NCBI GenBank assembly: GCA_002269645.1 | Contig: NIVC01000352.1 | Span: forward strand, 186,001 to 250,000 | Origin: Macrostomum lignano | Taxonomy: Eukaryota | Length of the DNA: 64,000 nt | Direction of reading: 5' to 3' | Part shown: positions 11,726 to 22,482 of the stretch, in pieces | Position numbering within the stretch: the first letter of the stretch is position 1 | Layout of the letters: each line of letters begins with the position of its first letter | Made by a program: the position numbers and the translations under genes | Notes under the pieces: model-generated | Databases searched by the model: none | What the model saw: the letters and a program-made list of their open reading frames with translations, nothing else | Told to the model about the DNA's origin: nothing

Positions 11726-12967
11726 CTCAGTTCGGTTGAGGTTCGGTTAAGGTTCAAGGTTTCGAGGAGAGCGAGGCGGAGCTGAGTGCTGCGTAGCCAG
11801 AGCGATGCTGTCCTGTCTTATTTATCGACTGGCTGACTAGGCCGCTATCTTCCCATTGGCTTTCAGACTCGAGCTGTCGACTATTTTCCAGTTAGCTGTT
11901 TGTGCTAGGAGACACACAGTTTGTTTGCTATGATTGAAACAGAAAATGGACTGATACTATTTAGGAAACAAGCTGCTATTCACAGTGTAGTCAATACTCA
12001 TAGTTTGTTTCCGAATAAGTATCAAAGACGCTGCGCTCGCAAACAAAGCGAGTAGCTCGTAGGTGTTTTGCCCAGTGGACTCACAAGTTTATCAAGCTAT
12101 TTTTGTCCAGAAATGCTATATCGGCACAGCGAACTCGTTAAGCATGGGATGAGAGAAGACTCTAAGGGCCATGAGGGCCCGCCAGCGGTGTTGCTCAGTC
12201 TGTCCAGCAGCCCAAGGCCGGGTGCTTCCTTGAGTGCTGAACCCGCACCATAATTAATAAGCATTCGCAGCAGGGTTACGAGGGCAACTCAGCAGCAAGT
12301 GCGCTGGGGCAACTCTTGACATTCCGCTGACTCCGCTGGCCCTGAATTTCGAATCGTCGGGCATGTACACTCTCTACATGTATGTCTTAGTGGCTGGACC
12401 TCGTCATGGGTTGTTTGAATCGCAGAACAGCCCACCGACACAAGCCCCCGCCCCCGCAGCCCCGAGTTAATTGGATCTTCAAAGTCGCCGTTTCGGTCAA
12501 GAATTTTGCTCGATAACCCCCCCCCCCTTACCAGATAAAAGTTAGATGGATGACCATCGATGTCAAAGCGAAATTCAAAATTAAATAGCTTTGTCTCATG
12601 TTATAGAAGTAAAAGTGCTCAACAAACACGCAAAATCATTATGTTTGCAGATGCTTTGACAGCTAGCTGTGACAGGCAGAGGGCCTAAATAAATAATAAC
12701 ATAATGAGACTTTGATAAAAAATTGATGCTCTGACATGACTTCAGCAGCTTTGCAAGGTATGATATACACTCTATGAGCATGCTTTAAGCCTTCCTATTT
12801 ACTCGTAATTGCTTTCTCGTGTCTTTTGCCGAAACCGTTGTGATAGTGGCTGCCCGCAGCTCACAAGTAGCGAACGAGTAGATAGTTGGGAAAACCTTCT
12901 GAAGCTTCGGTCGTATGATTTGATCCCAAATCGGTGTTTGCAGAATATACAGTGCCTGAGACCAAGT

Positions 12968-13446
12968 TGCCAGTTCAATGCTACAGAGATCTGCATAGCT
13001 CGTACAGTCTAGTAAGACTAAGGGTTTTGACATAGACATTTGCGACAAAGTTTGCCAGTTCAATGCTACAGAGATCTGCGTACAGTCTAGTAAGACTGGG
13101 GTTTTGCCATAGACATTTGCGACAAAGTTTGCCAGTTCAATGCTACAGAGATCTGCATAGCTCGTACAGTCTAGTAAGACTAAGGGTTTTGACATAGACA
13201 TTTGCGACAAAGTTTGCCAGTTCAATGCTACAGAGATCTGCATAGCTCGTACAGTCTAGTAAGACTAAGGGTTTTGCCATAGACATTTGCGACAAAGTTT
13301 GCCAGTTCAATGCTACAGAGATCTGCATACAGTCTAGTAAGACTAAGGGTTTTGCCATAGACATTTGCGATAAAGTTTGCCAGTTCAATGCTACAGAGAT
13401 CTGCGTACAGTCTAGTAAGACTGGGGTTTGCCATAGACATTTGCGA
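12968..13446. repeat. 78-86-bp tandem repeat, about 6 copies
   Basis: Unit GCCAGTTCAATGCTACAGAGATCTGC(ATAGCTC)GTACAGTCTAGTAAGACT...GACATTTGCGACAAAGTTT. Confidence 0.95.
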
Positions 13447-13890
13447 CTAAGTTTGCGAGTTTAACGGTAGGAAAATCAAGTCATTTCTTCGCCCGTACGA
13501 GCTAGAGCAATTAAGACGTCCCCCTGACATTTTTTGCTGCGCCGGAACGGAGCAACGCAGGCACACGAAATTCAAGAACACGGGCAAACTTCTTGTTGCG
13601 CACCTTCTCAAACAAGAATCAAGTCGCCAGCTCTCTGGAATATCGAGATATTCAACGATTCTGCCAGATGGTCGGATTTTTTCCATAAGCACTAGTGTAT
13701 TCAGTGCCGCCTTGCCAAGCCTCAAAATTTCATCAGCACGCCGACCACATGTGCCTGCATCAGCTCTTGACTTCATTGGTCACTGGCCAAGTTTCGCTGA
13801 TCAAGCCTCGATAGTTCAGGCAAGCCATGCTGGACATCCGCGCAGACAGTCTCTCAAGCATTTCGTCATCACGATGCCGTCGGCACCGGG

Positions 13891-14230
13891 TACACCTTTT
13901 CCCGTTCAAATTCAACAAAACTCACATGCTACGAGTATTTCGACAAGCTGACATTCAATTCCATCATTCTATACTTAGCTACTTCAACCGTCATTCGAAT
14001 TCGGCAAGGACCCATTCAAGTTCGGCAATGGGATATTCTCTATTTCATACCATAGTGAGGGCGTTTATTCTGTCTATGGACAAAACTTGCGAAAAACTTC
14101 AAATGAAAATAGAATGCCGCTTGCCGAATTCCAATGAAGGTTGAAGTAGCTAAATATAGAATGATGAAATTGAATGTCAGCTTGTCGAAATAGCATGTGA
14201 GTTTTGTTGAATTTGAACGGAAAAGGTGTA
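13891..14230. mobile_element. MITE with ~115-bp terminal inverted repeats flanked by TA (Tc1/mariner-like)
   Basis: TA-CACCTTTTCCCGTTCAAATTCAACAAAACTCACATGCTA... is mirrored by ...TAGCATGTGAGTTTTGTTGAATTTGAACGGAAAAGGTG-TA. Confidence 0.75.
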
Positions 14231-14979
14231 GTTCTACTGTTAATACTACCTAGTAAGCCTGGGGTATTGCCATAGACATCTGGGACCCAGTTTACCAAAA
14301 CTTCAGCTTCAATCAAGCTCAGAATTTTTTCGTAGTTGTGGCGAACTAATTTGCAAATAGTCTTTTTTAGGTTTCTACTAGGGTTCTTGACTCGAAGCGG
14401 AACTCTCTTCATCTCCCCATGCTAGCTGGACTAGGGAGCCACCGAGACCCCTGAACTCTATGCTTCTAAAGAAAGAATCGAGGAAATTCTGACAAAAGCT
14501 TCTGGCTCCCCTTTTATCAGGTTGATTAGACATTAAGCTAATTGATGCGGAAACGACCTAGATTCGACGAGCTGTCAGAGAACTTGCCAGAATTAAAACA
14601 TTGCCCTTGCTGTTTATCTAATGGATTTTGCTGGACGGCAACAAACAAAGCTTTGAGGATCCAATTAGTAAAGAAAAGCTTTGTTCAGGCTTTGAAGCAA
14701 AACTTAAAAATAGAAAAAAATGAAGAAAATGAAGAGGCTAAAAGTTAGAATCACGTTTTCAGGAACATTTTGGGCTTGATCTTTCCATGAGCACTGCCCT
14801 ATTATGCTACTTACTATAGGTAGTAGTGTCTCTCGAGCATTGAGATGTCAGTGCATCAGAATTATTTATAAAGAATATGATCTCAGAAGTACATGCTGAC
14901 TTACACTATGAGCTATACTTACTTAGAGCTACTTTAGTAGCTCAAAAGAGCAAGAAAGTAAACAATTGTTAACATTCGC

Positions 14980-15620
14980 AGGTGTCAAGGCTTACGGGGG
15001 GAATTGCTAAGATGTCAAGGCTTACAGGGGGAATTGCTAAGATGTCAAGGCTTACAGGGGGAATTGCTAAGATGTCAAGGCTTACGGGGGAATTGCTAAG
15101 ATGTCAAGGCTTACGGGGGAATTGCTAAGATGTCAAGGCTTACGGGGGAATTGCTAAGATGTCAAGGCTTACGGGGGGAATTGCTAAGATGTCAAGGCTT
15201 ACAGGGGGAATTGCTAAGATGTCAAGGCTTACAGGGGGAAATGCTAAGATGTCAAGGCTTACGGGGGGAATTGCTAAGGTGTCAAGGCTTACGGGGGGAA
15301 TTGCTAAGATGTCAAGGCTTACAGGGGGAATTGCTAAGATGTCAAGGCTTACGGGGGGAGTTGCTAAGATGTCAAGGCTTACGGATGGAATTGCTAAGAT
15401 GTCAAGGCTTACGGGTGGAATTGCTAAGATGTCAAGGCTTACGGGGGGAATTGCTAAGATGTCAAGGCTTACGGGGGGAATTGCTAAGATGTCAAGGCTT
15501 ACGGATGGAATTGCTAAGATGTCAAGGCTTATGGGGGGAATTGCTAAGATGTCAAGGCTTACGGATGGAATTGCTAAGGTGTCAAGGCTTATGGGGGGAA
15601 TTGATAAGATGTCAAGGCTG
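14980..15620. repeat. 30-bp G-rich minisatellite (GATGTCAAGGCTTACGGGGGGAATTGCTAA), about 21 copies
   Basis: Direct inspection. Source of the MSRLTGGIAK and LLRCQGLRGE ORFs. Confidence 0.97.
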
Positions 15621-16319
15621 AGAGGTCAGAAGCTAGATGTATTTGATAGTGTATTCAAAACTTCTTGCTCCATTCTTTGTTTGCTCCCCAACGGGGGGCG
15701 CTGATTGCTAGCCAGTAGCTCAAAAGAGCAAGAAAGTAAAACAATAGTGTTAGCATTAGCGCTGAGTCATCTTTCTTAGTTTTAAGTTCTATAAGTCATA
15801 AGCCTAATCAAAGGTTGTAGTTTACGACATTCGTCTAAGACTTAGGGGGCCACCCACTGTTTCCAAGACTCAATGTGGCTAGGCAGAATAGTCGGAGAAC
15901 GTCGCGATAACGGGAGCGACATTCAGGCCCAGACCACTCATTCGACTCAAACTGCATGTCAATAGTTGAGTCTCTCCGCTTTATTTGTGCTACAAGAGTA
16001 AATTTGACTGTCTCTGATGCAATCGCATTTCGAGCAATGCAGAAATCGAGAGGTAAAACCCATTCTATTGGGCCAATGTGATGCTCACCAGCAGCTGCCA
16101 CTATTGCGGATTAGGAACTTCCATCTGGCCAACGAGATTATCCCTAGAACAGTGGCAACAAACAGTTGACGTCAACAAGTCAATCTGACATCTGCTGGTT
16201 CCAGGAATTGCTCCTCATGGATGTCTGTTCAAGCAGCGCCAGGTCAATTTTCTGTTGAAGAAACTCTAGAAATCACTTTGCAAACTGGATGTCAGTTCTA
16301 GACACAGATACTCGAATAC

Positions 16320-16729
16320 CTAGATGGGCCACTCAGCAAATTTGCGTGTAAGCTACTTTCAGTTCAGTAGTAAGTTAAACAGAAGCATTTTAATGTATTT
16401 TTAAAGCCAAGGCTCATTTATTGGCTCTTACCCCCAGCTTAAACCCTCCAACCGCGCCTTTCCACACTACCCCCTCGCCCCGCCCCAATTTTTATTGCCT
16501 TTCGGAATTCCAGCCTAAAGCTGCCATGTACATTTCAGTGGACTGGCTAATGTACATTATTGCTGAACCAATTAGCAAGCTGTTTACGCCTGCAAGCTTG
16601 GGCTTCTAAACTTATCAAAGTCATTTCAGCTGGCTTTATTTTTATAAAATAGCTTATGTATTCTTCTTTGCTACTGAACTGAAAGTAGAAAGCTGTTTTA
16701 CTAAGTGTATGCCTGAGTGGCCCATCCAG
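16320..16729. mobile_element. ~410-bp MITE, copy 1 (TIR CTAGATGGGCCACTCAG)
   Basis: 17-bp terminal inverted repeats (one mismatch at the right end). A close inverted copy lies at 31088-31500. Confidence 0.85.
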
Positions 16730-16869
16730 TCTAGTTATTCTAGTATCTGTTTTCTAGATAATTGCGCTCAGTTTTATTAAAATTTCGTCATGATTGCGCT
16801 TGTAAAATCTGACTGCTCTTGTCCCCCATCTGGAATTTATCTACTCGTAATTGGGCTTAGAATTGGGTC

Positions 16870-17018
16870 ATAGAATTAGGCGTAATTGGGTCGGGGTCCA
16901 ATCAGGCGGGTATCTCGGGCTTTATGCCCCTGGTAGTGCCCCTCAGCGGCAGAGCCCCTCTCAGGGCTGATCCGCGGGTAGCCCCCGACTTCCCACCCCG
17001 GCTTAACAACAACAACAA
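16870..17018 (+). mobile_element. Probable 3' end of a LINE/SINE with an (AAC)n tail
   Basis: GC-rich ~130-bp segment ending CCCACCCCGGCTT-AACAACAACAAC, embedded in AT-rich DNA. Confidence 0.4.
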
Positions 17019-17628
17019 TTGGCCTTAGAATTGTGGCACCAGGTGAGGCTATTGAAATGGCTGCTGGACTGGATCAGGTGATGCAGAGAAAAACGCAATT
17101 ATTTTCGAAAAATTGGTCACTTTTCGTCGAAGCAGCTCAACACGTGTCACGGCCGTAGCCAGGCCAATTATCTTGAAAAAGCCTTCACAGACCAGACGGG
17201 ACCAGCAGTTTTTGTCTCGGGACCGGCGTCTTTGAGCCTCACTTTGATCTGTAGGGATTTCCCTGAACACCTGGGTTCAAACACAATTTTCCAAGAAATA
17301 GAAATCACAAAGGCGGCAGGGAAAATCGAAAAAAATTGCTGAATGCTTCGGGCTGCACAGAGAAAAATCGAGAAAAAGGCTGTTAAATTTTGCTTGTTAA
17401 TATTTTCTTTGGAGAGAATTTTAGCAGACCCGGTTGTATTATTTGCTAGCGCTGTTTCGATGTTAGTTCGCGTCTTTTTTAAAAATACTCAGAGATCTTT
17501 TAAATAGCTTTGCATCAAAAATAGTACTCGTAATAAAGTTTTGGATAATTCCAGGATAATTGCTCTCCGGGTGAGCTGCATTGATGATGCTTTTAGCTTC
17601 GTGCGAGGATAGAGTCACTCGGAGAGAG

Positions 17629-19433
17629 TCACTCCACCAGCGGCTCCTCCAGGTAGACGTGGCGCCCGGCTTTCTTCTCGACGGTGTCAAGGGCGTCCAC
17701 GCCATCAAGCCAGGGGTTCTTCTTCTCCATCTGCGGGGTGGGGTTGTGCAAGCAGACATTATTTAGACAGCTCTCCCGCTTGTTGATGATCAAACTGAAA
17801 CTCGTCTCATGCAAAAAAACGCAGCGTTGATGTTGGAACGGTTTGGTTATAGACTTTAAAATAGCCATAGACAATAAAATGGCCATAGACTATAAAATTA
17901 CCATAGACTATAAAATACCCATAGACTATTGGTTTTTGCGAGCTAACTCAGCCAAGGAGCAAGCAAACTCATCCATCCCATAGATTTCAATACGACGAAG
18001 GAGGTGGTTTGAACCATAGACTATCACGTTTTTTCAACCAAACTCATCCAACGGGCGAGCAATCTCAGCCATAGCTTGTTTATTAAGCGAAAAATTTAAT
18101 TGGTTCGTCGCAACTGAGCCATCGGAGGAGGAGGAAAGAAAGAAGGGAAAAGGAAATGAATGGGCAGACAAGCTATGGCTGAGATTGCTCGCCCGTTGGA
18201 TGAGTTTGGTTGAAAAAACGTGATAGTCTATGGTTCAAACCACCTCCTTCGTCGTATTGAAATCTATGGGATGGATGAGTTTGCTTGCTCCTTGGCTGAG
18301 ATAGCTCGCAAAAACCAATAGTCTATGGGTATTTTTAGTCTATGGTAATTTTATAGTCTATGGCCAAACCATCCCGCCAGCACCAGACTATAATTTTTTT
18401 ACCGTCTAAAGTTAAGATTTAGATCATCAAAAAAGCCCTCTCCCCTTCCCCTTCCCATCTCAACGCACCACTCGGCTCTGAAATTTAGCCCGCACGCCGC
18501 GCTTGCTTATGGAGTACCGTGGCGACTTCTTGGCATCCAGCTTGTCCCGCTTGTTGCCAAGCAGGAACGGATTGAGGTGACCGCCCATCTGTAGCATATT
18601 GAGAATAGGAATTTATCTTCAGCTGGTATGAAAGATAAATATTGTAATCTGAAATTTGGGAGTCAGATGTTTACCTGCGAGGCTTTCTTGGAATTGATGC
18701 CAACGCTGCCAGCCGGGCACTCCATGTGCTCGTTGTCGCAGGGGCACTGCCCGGCGGCCATCTTCGTCAGGGCGTCGTTCCGGTTGTACTCGGCAGTGTC
18801 GCTGACGTGGCTGTCGCAGGGGGCGGTCAGCTTGGCGGGGTCGGCGCCCACCGGGCAGGGGTTGGGCGGGTTACAGTAGCTCGGCAGGGTGTCGCTCATC
18901 ACCTTGGCCGGCTGCGGCCGGTCCTCCGGGCCCGTCACCTGGCCGGGCTCGCCGGCGCCGCCGCTGACCTTCTGCGCGCCCCAGATCCGGTTGAGGAACG
19001 GCTCCTCCTCGCGCCGGGCCGGGCCGCCGCCGCCGACAACGATGTCGGAGTCGTCAACTAGGCGGTCGTCGTCGAGTTCACCGAGGCCGCTGCGAGCAGC
19101 CCGCTGGGCATCGGCAGCCTGGGCGGTCCGCTCGAGCAGCTCCGACCAGTAGCGGTCGGCGTCGAAGCCGGCCGGGTAGGCGGAGTCGCTGACGTAGTGC
19201 CGGGCCTGCAGGTCGGCCACATGGCCGTTCAGATCGTCCAGGAAGCTGCGCTGTCCATCGGCCAGGCTGCCCAGGTAGTCGTCATGAAGGCGCTGGTTCC
19301 GCTTCTCGATGCTGGCCAGGTAGTCGGCGTAGCCGCCGGAGGCAGCGGCCGGGGCCGGCAGGGCGGTCGCCAGGAGCAGCAGGGCCAGCACCAGCTGGGA
19401 GCGGCTGTTATTGATGAAGCGCGGAGACTGCAT
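17629..19433 (-). CDS. SCG5: Neuroendocrine protein 7B2 (PC2 chaperone/inhibitor), 3 exons, about 317 aa
   Basis: Exons 18675-19433, 18496-18588, 17629-17730 (all phase 0). Signal peptide, then SGGAGEP, LPSYCNPPNPCP and CPCDNEHMECP. Two C-terminal inhibitory motifs: NPFLLGNKRDKLDAKK and NPWLDGVDALDTVEKK. If the exon 2 donor is not used, the reading ends at TGA 18460-18462 (295 aa). Confidence 0.93.
17881..18365. mobile_element. Foldback/MITE with ~200-bp near-perfect inverted arms, inside 7B2 intron 2
   Basis: 17881-18079 is the reverse complement of 18168-18365. The ends carry tandem CCATAGACTATAAAAT units. Spacer is about 88 bp. Confidence 0.9.
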
Positions 19434-20219
19434 GGTTGAGTGTTTCTCGCAGTGAGGAAGGAGAGGGCTGCGAATGCCAACTGGTTGGGGATTTATCTGG
19501 CTTGGCCAGTGCACTGAGACTCGGATCGATAATCCATCCTCAACGTTCCTCTCCCGTCCATCCACCACAGCCTCTCTGCGCAGTTGCCATGGAGACGCTC
19601 AAAACTGCAGAGAAGAGGCGAGACTAACTAAGCCAGACTGAGGCTGCAATTATCGACCGCTGAGGCATCCTGTGAGTACACTGGAGTACTCAGCCGGTGT
19701 ACTCAGAATCTCTGCAGGGAGGGAAGGAAACTACAAGGGAGGGAAGGAAAAAGGAGAACCGGGAAGCGGGAGAGAAACAGGACTCGTCCTGTAGGCTTCT
19801 ATCCATCCCACAGCTCCTTTCCATATATGGAGAGGGGATTTGGGGAAAAACTGGGGGCAGGGGAGATATTTTTAACCTTCACATCCTGCTCCAATCTGCC
19901 TTATGGTGTAATTCTGCGCATTTGAGGAACAAGCAGCTGCATGCGTTCTATGCAGACATCCCCCCCAAGCTGTAGTTAAATGATAAAGGTTTTTCAAACC
20001 GACTGCAAGCATTTAACAAGAGTTTAACTGCAGTAACTGTGCGGTACCCATTACCAACTGTTGAATATAAAATTAGACATTCAAAACATCCACTAAAAGC
20101 GAAACCACAGCTTGAATGTTTAAATATGCAGAAAATTTCAAACCTACTTAGTCTAATTTTAACTGGAAAGTCACCATGATTCATTTCGATATATTGTACG
20201 AGCTAGATGAACAATCCAC

Positions 20220-21166
20220 ATAGTTTCCAGCTACAACCCACATGGTTTCTAACTTACAACCCACATGGTCTCCAGCTAAAACCTACATGGTTTCCAGCTA
20301 CAAACCACATGGTTTCCAGCTACAACCCACATGGTTTCCAGCTACAACCCACATGGTATCCAGCTACAATCCAAATGGTTTCCAGCTACAACCCACATGG
20401 TATCCAGCTACAATCCAAATGGTTTCCAGCTACAACCCACATGGTTTCCAGCTACAATCCACGTGCCTTCCTGCTACAATCCACGTGCCTTCCTGCTACA
20501 ATCCAAATGGTTTCCAGCTACAACCCACATGGTTTCCAGCTTACAACCCACATGGTTTCCAGCTACAATCCACGTGCCTTCCTGCTACAACCCACATGGT
20601 TTCCAGCTTACAACCCACATGGTTTCCATCTACAACCCACATGGTTTCCAGCTACAACCCACATGGTTTCCAGCTACAACCCACATGGTTTCCAGCTTAC
20701 AACCCACATGGTTTCCAGCTTACAACCCACATGGTGCCAACTACAACCCACATGGTTTCCAGCTACAACCCACATGGTTTCCAGCTTACAACCCACATGG
20801 TTTCCAGCTTACAACCCACATGGTGCCAACTACAACCCACATGGTTTCCAGCTTACAACCCACATGGTTTCCAGCTTACAACCCAAATGGTTTCCAGCTA
20901 CAACCCACATGGTTTCCAGCTTACAACCCACATGGTTTCCAGCTTACAACCCACATGGTGCCAACTACAACCCACATGGTTTCCAGCTTACAACCCACAT
21001 GGTTTCCAGCTTACAACCCAAATGGTTTCCAGCTACAACCCACATGGTTTCCAGCTTACAACCCACATGGTGCCAACTACAACCCACATGGTTTCCAGCT
21101 TACAACCCACATGGTTTCCAGCTTACAACCCACATGGTTTCCAGCTACAACCCACATGGTTTCCAG
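20220..21166. repeat. 21-22-bp minisatellite (TACAACCCACATGGTTTCCAGC[T])
   Basis: More than 40 copies with 21/22-bp and shorter variants. Source of the YNPHGFQL ORFs. Confidence 0.97.
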
Positions 21167-21524
21167 CCACTGAATCACACAAAGAACAAATGCTAAGTCA
21201 GTTACAATCAACAGTTTGCAGCGCATTACTCTCCCCACTGTGTTGGAGCCGGTGGCAGGGTATCTCATTAAAAAATCAACAGTTTCAACCGATTTTATTG
21301 GACAATCAGTTAACGCTAACTGGCTACAATGTTAATACTTCCACTCACTACAGTACCGTAGCATATCGAAAACAAGGCATAAGCGAGTACACTGGGTTCA
21401 ATTATCATATCGGTAAATAATTTTCGGAATTTATAAATATCAATTACTTTATAATAACAGGAACCAATAGGAATATCATTATATATGGAGATGGAATAAC
21501 AATAGGAATCAGGCTTTTAAAAAC

Positions 21525-21526
<2 letters not shown>

Positions 21527-21563
<37 letters not shown>

Positions 21564-21900
21564 GCAGGATTTGCAAAGCGCGCTTATATAGATGCGCACT
21601 TTTATCAATGCGCGCTTATATAGAAGCGCACTTTACCAATGCGCGCTTATATAGGTGCGCACTTTTATCAATGCGCGCTTATATAGAAGCGCACTTTACC
21701 AATGCGCACTTATATAGGTGCACACTTTTATCGATGCGCGCTTATATAGGTGCGCACTTTACCAATGCGCGCTTATATAGGTGCGCACTTTTATCAATGC
21801 GCCCTTATATAGGTGCGCACTTTACCAATGCGCGCTTATATAGGTGCGCACTTTTATCGATGGGCGCTTATATAGGCGCGCACTTTACCAATGCGCGCAT
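21527..21900. repeat. (CA)n microsatellite followed by a ~31/32-bp (63-bp dimer) tandem repeat
   Basis: CA run at 21527-21561. Repeat unit TTTATCAATGCGCGCTTATATAGAAGCGCACTTTACCAATGCGCGCTTATATAGGTGCGCACT. Confidence 0.92.
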
Positions 21901-22482
21901 TGGAGTGCAAATTCGACGCAATAAAATACAATACATACTACTATTGTGCTCAGTAGCTAATAAAGGCTAGCATACAAAAAGCCGATGGAACGCAACAAAA
22001 GAGGAAATTTTGAAAAGAAGGAAAAATATTTGTGTATTATATTTTATAAAAAACCGCGGCTAAAATGTGGGAATGAATCGGTGGGATCCAGCTAACCAAG
22101 ATAAGCGAGTTTGCTAAGCACATTCGAATTAAATCAAATTACAAGAGTACAGAAGCAATAGCAGCTCATAGGCTTAGTGTGAACAGAGTAGCAAATTATC
22201 GAGTTATGCAGCAAAGCAAGATCAAAATCGTTGTGTTCAGCGTTGGGAGGCCTGACGAGCTCGCTTATAAAAATATTGTTAAGAAAAAAGTTACAAAAAA
22301 GCAAAATAAAAATGTCCATTCCATTTTTATTGGTGCTTAACTAAGTTTTTAATTGGGAATGGGGCGGGGTTCCTTTGATAGCGTACACTGTTAGAGTGCG
22401 CACAACTTCCTAGAGTACATATGCACTTTAGTAGTCTATATCTTAAGAAACGTCGAAAAGTACATGCTAAAAGTACACGAGT

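Noticed and set aside
21575-21900. CTTATATAGG units as a CArG array downstream of the LIM gene
   Set aside because: None matches CC(A/T)6GG. They are one-mismatch motifs that arise from the repeat unit.
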